This document shows, piece after piece, positions 1 to 10,688 of a stretch of DNA of 64,000 nt. The notes under the pieces were generated by a model. The model made no database searches and was not told where the DNA came from. It was given only the letters and a program-made list of their open reading frames with translations. A program made the translations under genes and the position numbers. Position 1 is the first letter of the stretch. Each line of letters starts with the position of its first letter. Source of the DNA: a virus; IMG/VR virus record IMGVR_UViG_3300024348_000023, positions 1-64,000 of that record; one strand, written 5' to 3'.

Positions 1-8
1 GTTCTTGA

Positions 9-254
9 CTATAAGCCATCAATCTCATCCTTTACTTCAATGGGTGTATATGCAGGTTCAGGGCCAAGTAAGAATCCCTTTTCATGATATGCAACCATCT
101 TTTGCACTTCTTCCCCGCCAACAATCTTGTCAGCAATTAATGAAAGAAGATCATATATTCTATGCAGCATGATATAGGTAACCATCGGGATATTATCTTC
201 AATGGTTCCTGCATCTTTAATTACTGCCCCATCGGGCAGATCTTTTTCATTCAT
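9..254 (-). CDS. hypothetical protein
   Basis: 81-aa ORF, last of a coupled minus-strand run. Confidence 0.7.
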   Translation of the reverse strand: MNEKDLPDGAVIKDAGTIEDNIPMVTYIMLHRIYDLLSLIADKIVGGEEVQKMVAYHEKGFLLGPEPAYTPIEVKDEIDGL

Positions 255-414
255 TTATATTCCCATCTGTCATAGGAAACACCACAGGTTGTTTCCAGTC
301 GTATGTACTAAATCCAGAAGATTCAAATTGAAGCTCTTCTACCGCCGACGCACTTTCTGTTGAAATTTGTAGTCCTTGACCACAATTGCAATTACCACAT
401 TTACAATCAGACAT
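247..414 (-). CDS. small protein with N-terminal CxCxxCxC motif (55 aa, absent from ORF track)
   Basis: Manual translation MSDCKCGNCNCGQGLQISTES...NINE; ATG overlaps the TAA of 414..1115 (TAATG); fills the gap exactly. Confidence 0.7.
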   Translation of the reverse strand: MSDCKCGNCNCGQGLQISTESASAVEELQFESSGFSTYDWKQPVVFPMTDGNINE

Positions 415-1115
415 TATCTGTATTCCTTTCTTTGCCAGAATTTGTTTTTATACCATCCAATGATATGCTTTAATGATTCGCTACGTGCAAGCTTGGCTTC
501 TTGAAGTAAGTCTGTATTTCTTTCAAGTTTCCATGGCTCAGTTTTGATTGGAATAATTTGCGCTATTGGGGTACCAGCTTTTATTATACCCTCAAATCCC
601 ATTTGAAGAAGAAAAGGCATCTTCCCGCCGTTCATTGGATAGTTTGCATCTACGATTCCAGACATTGTCCTAAATGGCAGATCATCTCTATTTAAAGGGT
701 GTGTTATTAATAGACTATAGCCTTTTTCAACTTTTAGTATTTGCTTGGTGCTCCAAGAAAAATGGTTATCGTGAAATCCTTGCGGAATAGGCAGTGTTGG
801 AACCATGCCCTTATTTCTTTCAATAACAAAATCAGTCTCTTTGTAATCAAAGTCAAAAAAATTCCAGGTTATCCTTGGACCGTTTGGAGTTTGCTCAACA
901 AGGAAATCAACTGGTGCTGGAATGTAGTATCCAGTTAAAAAGGCATCCATAAATGGTGCACAACTTTTTACTGTTATTGTAGAAGGCAGAATGCTAAGCT
1001 TGCCTCCAGAAAACTTTTCTATTTTTTTAAACCATTCAGGCATAACATCTTTCATGTATCCTATTTGTTCAAATACTGGATGATATATGTCGTGTTCTAA
1101 TTTTTTAGGCTTCAT
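414..1115 (-). CDS. conserved phage hypothetical protein (DUF6065-like)
   Basis: PEWFK..TVKSCAPFMDA..GY, GYSLLITHPLN, SGIVD and IIKAGTPIAQIIP motifs typical of this family. Confidence 0.65.
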   Translation of the reverse strand: MKPKKLEHDIYHPVFEQIGYMKDVMPEWFKKIEKFSGGKLSILPSTITVKSCAPFMDAFLTGYYIPAPVDFLVEQTPNGPRITWNFFDFDYKETDFVIERNKGMVPTLPIPQGFHDNHFSWSTKQILKVEKGYSLLITHPLNRDDLPFRTMSGIVDANYPMNGGKMPFLLQMGFEGIIKAGTPIAQIIPIKTEPWKLERNTDLLQEAKLARSESLKHIIGWYKNKFWQRKEYR

Positions 1116-1314
1116 GTTTAACCGCCTTAACTATTTTTTCATAAATTTCTAAACCGATATTATTTTTATATTCACAGGAAAGACAGTAGAGATATACTGA
1201 GTCGTCTACTGCTAAGTTACATAGAAGAGAGCCCTGATCCATTGGACATTCAAGTCTAGGAACAAGGCCCTCTTCTGATAAGGCTATGTACTTAGATACA
1301 TATTGTATCTGCAT
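1105..1314 (-). CDS. small Zn-ribbon-like protein
   Basis: CPMD...CLSC motif; 69 aa. Confidence 0.65.
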   Translation of the reverse strand: MQIQYVSKYIALSEEGLVPRLECPMDQGSLLCNLAVDDSVYLYCLSCEYKNNIGLEIYEKIVKAVKHEA

Positions 1315-1319
1315 TTGAC

Positions 1320-1877
1320 CTACTTTTTCTGATCAGTCGGGAATTGCAATAGCCATTCCTTTGCTTTTGGGGTCATACCCTTCCAAGCTGACCAATCACT
1401 GCCGCCATCGGTCATATAATACGTTATCTCTGCGTTTGTTACTGGGTCGAATAACTCTTTGTTACTCTTTAGGTCGAACTTCTCAAGTCTTTCAGGACCA
1501 AGATTTCCGATCATGTTAATCTGGAATATTCCGTAAGAACTATCTCCAGTTTTCCTATTCCCGTTATAGGCAAGCGGTCTTCCGTTAGATTCACGCTTTG
1601 CTATTGACCAAGCTTTTTTAAGGCTTGACCCTTCGAATCCTACAGTCTTAAGAAGCAATAGCAACTCTTCGTCTGTAAGCATCTCAGATGGCTTGTAAAT
1701 CTCTTTACTAAAACTATCTAAGACTTCTTGCTTTAATTGGGCTTCAGTTTTCACTAAAGGTTTTACTACTAAGGCATTTGCAGGCTGTACAGGAAACAAA
1801 AATAATGTTATCATTACTATTGTGACTATGTTATGAGCCAAATCACTTACCTGTTGTTTTATTTTCTCCATTGGCAT
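1320..1877 (-). CDS. secreted lysozyme-like / lytic transglycosylase (SLT-like) protein
   Basis: Catalytic RES motif, DSSYGIFQIN, LFDPVTNA, WSAW; hydrophobic N-terminus ending in ANA (signal peptide); GAGGAGG RBS. Confidence 0.8.
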   Translation of the reverse strand: MPMEKIKQQVSDLAHNIVTIVMITLFLFPVQPANALVVKPLVKTEAQLKQEVLDSFSKEIYKPSEMLTDEELLLLLKTVGFEGSSLKKAWSIAKRESNGRPLAYNGNRKTGDSSYGIFQINMIGNLGPERLEKFDLKSNKELFDPVTNAEITYYMTDGGSDWSAWKGMTPKAKEWLLQFPTDQKK

Positions 1878-1904
1878 TTCCTCCTCTAGAGATAACGAAC
1901 TATA

Positions 1905-1934
1905 ATCATAACATTAATTTAGTAACCCTGTCAA
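1905..1934 (-). promoter_or_regulatory. sigma70/sigmaA-type promoter for the minus-strand operon
   Basis: TTGACA-N18-TATGAT with extended TGn on the minus strand. Confidence 0.7.
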
Positions 1935-1956
1935 GCCAGTCGACCAGAAAGAAAAC

Positions 1957-2958
1957 ATGAATATATCTTATTATACAATTAAAGCTGGACTTAATCCTGC
2001 AGTCGGTTTTGGCTATGCGGGAAAAAATATAGTTAAATCTTTAAATAACCTTGGTCATTTTGTTACATACGCTGACCCTAAAGCAGATATACAAATTAAT
2101 TTTACACAGCCTCAACATTTTAAAATGCATAGGAAGCAGTATCAGATAGGATACACTCCGTGGGAATCTACTTCAATGCGCCCAGACTGGGTTGAAAGAT
2201 TTAATCATTGCGACGAGGTTTGGACTACATCAGATTGGTGTGCTAAAGTATTTAAAGATAATGGAATAACAAAACCAATATACGTTTATCCTCACGGCAT
2301 TGAAGATTTTTGGGTTCCAAAGCGTAGAGTAGTTAATGAAGGCCAGCCAATAAAATTTTTGCACATAGGCGAGCCATCACCAAGAAAAGACGGGCAGTTA
2401 GTAGTAGATACTTTTGCTAAGATATTTGGAAATAATCCAGACTATCAACTTACATTAAAGTGTCATAACTCAAATACTACTAGAATGTATAATAAAAATA
2501 ATGAATTCGTAACACCAGATACAATATATTCAAATATCAAAATAATAACTGATGAATATCCAGAAGAACAGCTTTTAAGCTTATATCATAGTCATCATGT
2601 ACTTTTATATCCTACTTGGGGTGAAGGATTTGGCTTTATTCCTCTTCAAGGCCTTGCAACAGGAATGCCAGTAATATCAACATATGACTGGTGTCACTAT
2701 GAAAAATATTTAGGCCCATTAAAATTGAAATCTAAACTTACAGATGAGACTTTGCCAAAATCAGTTGGCGATGATTACATAGGAAAAATGTTTAAGCCAG
2801 ATGCAAAGCATTTAGAAGATCAAATGTATGAAGCAGTAATTAACTTCAAAGCATATTCAGGATATTATTATGCACAAGCAAACAATATTCATAAAGAGTA
2901 CAACTGGGACCAGTTGACTAAGAATGCATTTGATCATTTAGTTAAAAAATTCTCTTAA
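1957..2958 (+). CDS. glycosyltransferase family 4 (GT-B)
   Basis: YTPWEST, PHGI, RKDG, YPTWGEGFGFIPLQGLATGMPVI. Confidence 0.85.
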   Translation: MNISYYTIKAGLNPAVGFGYAGKNIVKSLNNLGHFVTYADPKADIQINFTQPQHFKMHRKQYQIGYTPWESTSMRPDWVERFNHCDEVWTTSDWCAKVFKDNGITKPIYVYPHGIEDFWVPKRRVVNEGQPIKFLHIGEPSPRKDGQLVVDTFAKIFGNNPDYQLTLKCHNSNTTRMYNKNNEFVTPDTIYSNIKIITDEYPEEQLLSLYHSHHVLLYPTWGEGFGFIPLQGLATGMPVISTYDWCHYEKYLGPLKLKSKLTDETLPKSVGDDYIGKMFKPDAKHLEDQMYEAVINFKAYSGYYYAQANNIHKEYNWDQLTKNAFDHLVKKFS

Positions 2959-2982
2959 CCCCTTCCCCTTTAAATGCTTCTT

Positions 2983-2991
2983 TGGTAGAAT
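2983..2991 (+). promoter_or_regulatory. extended -10 promoter (TGGTAGAAT) upstream of nrdJ
   Basis: Intergenic; identical 9-mer at 4981. Confidence 0.55.
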
Positions 2992-3043
2992 AGGATCTTC
3001 ACTCAAAAAATTAAACCGCAAGGCGGAGAAACAGGTATTATAA

Positions 3044-4978
3044 ATGTCAAAGACTATTGCTAACCCATATGAAAACTTTATTGCGCTATCTCGATATGCA
3101 AGATGGATTCCAGAAGAGAATAGACGTGAAACATGGGGAGAAACAGTAGATCGCTATTTTGCGTTTATGCTAAACCATTTAAAACAAAATCATAATTATA
3201 TTCCAGATGAAAAGCTTGTAGCGGAATTAAAAGACGGTGTATTTCAAAGAAATGTCATGCCGTCTATGCGCTCCGTTATGACATCTGGAGCAGCATTAGA
3301 AAGAGATAACGTTGCAGGATATAATTGCTCATTTGTCCCAGTAGATAGCCCAAGATCATTTGATGAAACAATGTATATTCTTATGTGTGGTACAGGAGTT
3401 GGATTCTCCGTTGAATACAAGTACGTTAATAAACTTCCTGCCGTCCCAGATTCTTTTGAGAAGTCAGACACAGTCATTGTTGTAGAGGATTCAAAGCAGG
3501 GTTGGGCAAAGGCTTATCGTGAACTACTAGCACTCCTTTGGACTGGACACATTCCAGCAATTGATGTTAGCAAAGTTCGTCCAGCTGGTGCACGTTTAAA
3601 GACAATGGGTGGACGCTCATCAGGACCACAACCATTAATCAATTTGTTTGATTTTACAATTGCAAAGTTTAAAAATGCAGCAGGCCGTCAACTAAAACCA
3701 ATTGAAGCACATGACATCATGTGTAAAATAGGTGAAGTTGTTGTTGTAGGAGGAGTTCGTCGTTCAGCAATGATTTCTCTTTCTAATATTAATGATATTG
3801 AGATGGCAGCAGCAAAGTCAGGCAACTGGTGGGAAAATAATACACAACGTGCATTATCAAATAACTCTGTTGCGTATTCACGCAAGCCAGAGATGGAACA
3901 GTTTATTGCAGAATGGAAATCTTTGTATGATTCAAAATCAGGAGAACGAGGCATATACAATGTGGCCGCAGCTCAAGCCCAAGCAGCCAAGTATGGAAGA
4001 AGAGATCCAGATGTACACTATGGAACTAACCCTTGCTCAGAGATTATCTTACGTCCTTACCAGTTTTGTAATCTTTCAGAAGTCGTACTTCGTGAAAAAG
4101 ATACAGTTGAAGAGGTTGCAAATAAAGTACGCCTTGCAACAATTCTTGGCACGTGGCAATCAACATTAACAGATTTCAAGTATCTTCGTAAAATTTGGAA
4201 AGACAACACAGAAGAAGAGCGCCTACTTGGAGTTTCTTTAACAGGACAATTCGGACACAAATTCTTTTCAGGAAAAGAAAATATTAAAAAGCTAGAAGAT
4301 ACTTTAAGCGGTCTTCGTGAATATGCAAGAGAAACAAATAAAGAAGAGGCTGGGAAAATTGGGATTCCTGAGTCTGCAGCTATTACATGCGTAAAGCCTT
4401 CTGGAACAGTGTCTCAATTGGTCGGGGTATCTTCAGGAATGCATCCATGGCATTCACCATATTATATTCGTACAGTACGTGGCTCAAAGGGAGATCCAAT
4501 CTCTACATTTTTAAAGGAAGTTGGAATTCCTGTAGAAGATGATGTAATGAAGCCAAATGATACATACGTATTTTCATTTCCAGTTAAGGCACCAGAAGGT
4601 GCAATTGTTAGAAATGATCTTACAGCACTGGATCATTTGAACACATGGCTTGTCTATCAACGTGCATGGTGTGAACATAAGCCATCTATCACTGTTTCTG
4701 TAAAAGAAGAAGAGTGGATGGAAGTCGGTGCTTGGGTGTATAAGCATTTTGATGAGGTTTCTGGAATTTCTTTCCTTCCTCATTCAGATCATACATACAA
4801 GCAAGCTCCTTATCAAGAAGTTGATAAAGCAGAGTATGATGCACTTGTTGCAAGGATGCCAAAGAGCATTCGCTGGGAAGATTTATCTTTTTACGAAACA
4901 GAAGACGGAACTTCAACAAATGCTACGCTTGCATGTACTTCAGATGGCAATTGTGAAATAGTAGATATATCTGCCTAA
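3044..4978 (+). CDS. nrdJ: class II adenosylcobalamin-dependent ribonucleotide reductase (monomeric RTPR type)
   Basis: YNCSF, GGVRRSA, TNPCSEI (radical Cys), FCNLSEV, CVKPSGT, C-terminal Cys pair; no ATP cone and no adjacent beta subunit. Confidence 0.9.
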   Translation: MSKTIANPYENFIALSRYARWIPEENRRETWGETVDRYFAFMLNHLKQNHNYIPDEKLVAELKDGVFQRNVMPSMRSVMTSGAALERDNVAGYNCSFVPVDSPRSFDETMYILMCGTGVGFSVEYKYVNKLPAVPDSFEKSDTVIVVEDSKQGWAKAYRELLALLWTGHIPAIDVSKVRPAGARLKTMGGRSSGPQPLINLFDFTIAKFKNAAGRQLKPIEAHDIMCKIGEVVVVGGVRRSAMISLSNINDIEMAAAKSGNWWENNTQRALSNNSVAYSRKPEMEQFIAEWKSLYDSKSGERGIYNVAAAQAQAAKYGRRDPDVHYGTNPCSEIILRPYQFCNLSEVVLREKDTVEEVANKVRLATILGTWQSTLTDFKYLRKIWKDNTEEERLLGVSLTGQFGHKFFSGKENIKKLEDTLSGLREYARETNKEEAGKIGIPESAAITCVKPSGTVSQLVGVSSGMHPWHSPYYIRTVRGSKGDPISTFLKEVGIPVEDDVMKPNDTYVFSFPVKAPEGAIVRNDLTALDHLNTWLVYQRAWCEHKPSITVSVKEEEWMEVGAWVYKHFDEVSGISFLPHSDHTYKQAPYQEVDKAEYDALVARMPKSIRWEDLSFYETEDGTSTNATLACTSDGNCEIVDISA

Positions 4979-4980
4979 TA

Positions 4981-4989
4981 TGGTAGAAT
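4981..4989 (+). promoter_or_regulatory. extended -10 promoter (TGGTAGAAT) upstream of the holin-like gene
   Basis: Immediately after the nrdJ stop. Confidence 0.55.
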
Positions 4990-5049
4990 TATAGTATTGG
5001 GGTAAATCCCCAAAATTCTGGGCACCCCGCCCAAAATGGAGATGATAAA

Positions 5050-5289
5050 ATGGCTAAATTCAATAAGTTGGATTTAAACAAAGACGGAAAGGTAACAATG
5101 ACAGAACAGATCTTAGCAGCACTTGGAACATATGCTCGTGCATTTCTTTCAGCAGCAATTGCTTTGTACATGACTGGCAATACAAACCCAAAGGACCTTC
5201 TTCTAGGTGGAGTAGCAGCAGTTGCACCAGTAATCCTTAAGGCCCTAAGCCCAAGTAACCAAGAGTTTGGTTTTAAGGCTCCAAAGTAA
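5050..5289 (+). CDS. putative holin (two hydrophobic segments) with N-terminal EF-hand-like loop
   Basis: 79 aa; TYARAFLSAAIALY and LLLGGVAAVAPVILKAL; DLNKDGKVTMTE. Confidence 0.6.
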   Translation: MAKFNKLDLNKDGKVTMTEQILAALGTYARAFLSAAIALYMTGNTNPKDLLLGGVAAVAPVILKALSPSNQEFGFKAPK

Positions 5290-5311
5290 AATTTAATACG
5301 AATTAGGGATG

Positions 5312-5341
5312 CTCCTGTGCTAAAATAAGTACAGGAGTTTT
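5312..5341 (+). terminator. intrinsic terminator-like hairpin overlapping a TGCTAAAAT promoter
   Basis: CTCCTGTGCT-AAAATA-AGTACAGGAG then TTTT. Confidence 0.55.
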
Positions 5342-5359
5342 CCTATTTTAGGAGATATT

Positions 5360-5707
5360 ATGTCGGCGCAAAAGAATTTTGAGATTGATCAAAACACCAC
5401 CTTTTCATTTATTGTTGAATATAAAGACAATAATGGAGCTCCTATAGCTTTAACCTCAGCATCAGCAAAAATGCAAGTTCGTGATACAAAAGGTGGGTCA
5501 AAATTAGCCTTTACTTTATCATCACCAACCAGCGGAATTGTAATAGATCAGCCAGCTGGAAAACTAACAGTAGTAATGACTGCAGCACAAACAAATAGTC
5601 TTTTCTATCCAAAATCTTCTTATGATATTATGGTAACAGATTCAAATGGAAATAGAACAAAGCTTCTTGAGGGATATATAACTCTAAGTAGATCGGTGAC
5701 AATATGA
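5360..5707 (+). CDS. virion beta-sandwich protein, possible fibre anchor/collar (LtfC/BppU-like)
   Basis: IDQNTTF..AKMQVR..YDI..LLEG.ITLSRSVT pattern; first gene of the fibre island. Confidence 0.6.
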   Translation: MSAQKNFEIDQNTTFSFIVEYKDNNGAPIALTSASAKMQVRDTKGGSKLAFTLSSPTSGIVIDQPAGKLTVVMTAAQTNSLFYPKSSYDIMVTDSNGNRTKLLEGYITLSRSVTI

Positions 5708-6147
5708 GCGTAGATAAAGTAGTAGTAACGGAAATAAAAAATGATGTCGTTATATCCTCTCCTGGCCCACAAGGCCCAAGAGGAAAAACCATACTTAATG
5801 GAAACGGAGCCCCATCAAATTCACTAGGGCTCGAAGGTGACTTTTATTATGACAAGGTCACAACAAGATTTTATGGTCCAAAAGTAAATGATCTTACTTG
5901 GGAGAATGCTCCAAGCTACCTTTTAAGCACAGGAACTCTTACTTATACATGGAACATAAACCAAGTAACAGGACCAGTTTCTGGTGTATATCGCCTTGTT
6001 ATAGTCCACAATCTAGGATATAACCCTAATGTGACTATTAAGAATAGCGCAGGGGACATATTAGAAACGGGAATAGACTATAATAGTATTAACCAAATTA
6101 CACTGACGATGGCACAACCATTTTCAGGGACAGCGTACCTGTCCTAA
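5704..6147 (+). CDS. virion structural/fibre-associated protein
   Basis: GPQGPRG, GDFYYD..FYGPK, C-terminal HNLG domain. Confidence 0.65.
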   Translation: MSVDKVVVTEIKNDVVISSPGPQGPRGKTILNGNGAPSNSLGLEGDFYYDKVTTRFYGPKVNDLTWENAPSYLLSTGTLTYTWNINQVTGPVSGVYRLVIVHNLGYNPNVTIKNSAGDILETGIDYNSINQITLTMAQPFSGTAYLS

Positions 6148-6159
6148 AGGAGAAGAAAA

Positions 6160-7569
6160 ATGTCAAGATTATTTGTCACGAACATTGACCTCAATAAAAA
6201 TGAGTTGCTCAATGCAAGAATTCAGAATTTAAGTTCAGCACCATCAAACCCAGTACTAGGTCAGATTTACTATGACTCATTAACAAATGTAATGTACTAC
6301 TACAATGGGCTTGCTTCTCCTAATGGCCCATGGATGCCAATGTCTGGATCTTCAGAGGTTATCCAAGATCTCATTGGTTCATCAGTTATTGGCGGAGTTG
6401 GTTTAACATCAACATACAGCGATTCTGCTGGAACACTAACAATTGATCTTGATAATACAGCAGTAACAGCTGGCTCATATGGATCAACAACAAAGATTCC
6501 AACTTTTACAGTAGATGCACAGGGTCGTTTAACTGCTGCAAGCGAAGCAGACGTAGCAACAAACCTTTCAATTGCAGGAGACACTGGAACAGATACTGTT
6601 AATCTTTTAACTGACACATTAACTGTTGCAGGTGGAGAAGGAATTGATGTAGCTGTAACAAATAATACAGTTACCGTATCAGCAGAAGATGCAACTTCGT
6701 CAAATAAAGGTGTTGCAAGCTTTGACTCAACAGATTTTACAGTAACATCAGGCGCAGTAACATTAAATGCTGAGCGTGTACAAGATATCGTTGGCGGAAT
6801 GGTTACAGCTCCAAATACTGAATCAGGTATTTCTGTAACATACGATGATACAAACGGAAAATTAGATTTTAATGTAGCAGATCCTACAATTACTCTTTCA
6901 GGAGACGTAACTGGTTCTGCAACAATGACAAACCTTGGCGATGTAACAATTAATGCTACTATTCAGCCAAACTCAGTTGCACTTGGAACAGATACAACTG
7001 GAGACTATGTACAAAACATTCAGGGCACAGCCAATGAAGTAACAGTTTCTCCTACATCAGGTGAAGGAACAACAGTAACAATTGGTCTTCCAGATGATGT
7101 AACAATTACTAATAATTTAAACGTTGGCGGAAACTTAAATGTAACTGGAACAATTAACTCAGTAAATACCACTCAGGTAAATATTGTTGATAATAAGATT
7201 AACCTTAATACAGACTTTACTGGGGCTCCAACAGCAGATGCTGGAATCCGTGTAGAGCGTGGCGAAGGTACAGATGTAGAGATTCTTTGGAATGAAACAG
7301 ATGACCGCTGGACATTAACAAATAATGGAACTAACTATCATGCAATTGCAAGAAAGTATGCAGCGAATCTAGCAAATCCATCAAGCTTAACATATATTCA
7401 AGTAAACCATAACTTGGGAACATCAGATGTCACAGTTCAAGTTTTTGAAACAGCTGGTTCTAAAGCATTAGTTGAAGCAGATGTAGAGCGTACTTCTGAT
7501 GACGCAGTAACAATTAAATTTGCAACAGCACCAGCAAGTGGAGCATACAGAGTCGTAATTACTGGTTAA
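6160..7569 (+). CDS. tail fibre-like structural protein
   Basis: Thr/Gly-rich; GSYG..IPTFTVDAQGRLTAAS fibre motif; C-terminal HNLG domain shared with 5704. Confidence 0.7.
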   Translation: MSRLFVTNIDLNKNELLNARIQNLSSAPSNPVLGQIYYDSLTNVMYYYNGLASPNGPWMPMSGSSEVIQDLIGSSVIGGVGLTSTYSDSAGTLTIDLDNTAVTAGSYGSTTKIPTFTVDAQGRLTAASEADVATNLSIAGDTGTDTVNLLTDTLTVAGGEGIDVAVTNNTVTVSAEDATSSNKGVASFDSTDFTVTSGAVTLNAERVQDIVGGMVTAPNTESGISVTYDDTNGKLDFNVADPTITLSGDVTGSATMTNLGDVTINATIQPNSVALGTDTTGDYVQNIQGTANEVTVSPTSGEGTTVTIGLPDDVTITNNLNVGGNLNVTGTINSVNTTQVNIVDNKINLNTDFTGAPTADAGIRVERGEGTDVEILWNETDDRWTLTNNGTNYHAIARKYAANLANPSSLTYIQVNHNLGTSDVTVQVFETAGSKALVEADVERTSDDAVTIKFATAPASGAYRVVITG

Positions 7570-7579
7570 GGAGATTTAA

Positions 7580-9296
<1,717 letters not shown>

Positions 9297-9297
<1 letters not shown>

Positions 9298-10673
9298 TGG
9301 CAGTTAGAATTCAAGTAAGAAGAGATAGCTCAATAAACTGGACATCAAATAATCCAATTTTACAAGTTGGTGAATTTGGTTTTGATACAACAGTAAATAG
9401 ATTTAAGGTTGGCATTGCTTCAAATGACACATCTAGGTGGAACGCACTTCCTTATTTAAATGTTATTCCAAGCGAATTAGCTGAGCTTGCTCAGGATGCA
9501 GTAGAAGCAGCAATTGCGGCAGGAACTGGAATTGCTAAAGTTTATAATGACAACGCTAACACTATTACTCTTTCAGTAGATAGCACAATTGCTAATAAGA
9601 CATATGTAGATACTGCTATTTCAGGATTAGGTAATACGGTGTCAACTGGGTACATCCCCTTATCTCTTAAGGGTAACGTAGACGGAGTTGCAGAGCTTGA
9701 TGAAAATGGCTATGTTCCACAAACACAATTAACAAATACATTAAACGATATAACTTATTATGTTGATGGTGCAGTTGCGGGAATAGTTAATTCCGCTCCA
9801 GCAGCCTTAAATACATTAAAAGAATTATCAGATGCTTTAGGAGCAGATGCAAATTTTGCTACTACAACAGCCACAGCATTAGGAACAAAAATAACTGCAA
9901 CAAGCCAAGACACACTTAAAAATAAAATTATTTCTATATCAAATGGAATTACTTCAGTTTCACAGTATGATACAACAGCAGGATTTTATGGACAAAATAA
10001 TATTCCAGTAATTCAAAATGGCGGCTCAGGTGCAGCAATCAATATATCAGGTACAGGTGTAATTACTGTTGCATCTTCTGGAATTGGATACACTTCTGGT
10101 ATAGCTATTATTGGCGGTGGAACAAGAATACTAATTGAAATTGGTGGCAATACGCTTACTGGAACAAAAGCTCAATTTAATGCTGCAATGACAGATGCAG
10201 ATTTTGCAACCTTAACAGGTACAGAAGAATTGTTAAATAAAACTTTAAACTCTCCAATAATTAATCAGCCATCTGGACTATTGAAGTCAGATGTTGGCCT
10301 CAGCAATGTAGATAATACTTCTGATTCTAATAAGCCAATATCAACTGCAACACAAACTGAGTTAGATACTAAATTAAATAAGCTTGTTCAAACAAATGCA
10401 CAAGCAGGTTCATATCAACTTACAGTAGGAGATGCCTTTAAGTTAATTGAAATGAGCGGCGGCGGATCCTTAACAATACTAGATTCTGGCCTATTTCCAA
10501 TAGGATATACTGTAGATATTTTACAAACTGGATCTTCTCAGGTAACAATTCAGGGTAATGGTTTTACTCCAAATGCTACGCCAGGGCTAAAATTAAGAAC
10601 ACAGTGGAGTTCTGCAACTTTAATTAAAAGAGCATTAAACTCATGGGTTGTTCTTGGCGATTTAACCGCTTAA
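9297..10673 (+). CDS. tail fibre protein with Mtd-N-like N-terminus
   Basis: IQVRRD..W..NPIL..GEFGFDT; APAALNTLKEL..AL..DANF; VGLSNVDNTSD..KPIS fibre motifs. Confidence 0.75.
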
Positions 10674-10688
10674 AAGAAAGATACATAA

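Noticed and set aside
2960-3043. Cobalamin riboswitch or NrdR box before nrdJ
   Set aside because: Leader too short; no recognisable B12 box or NrdR palindrome
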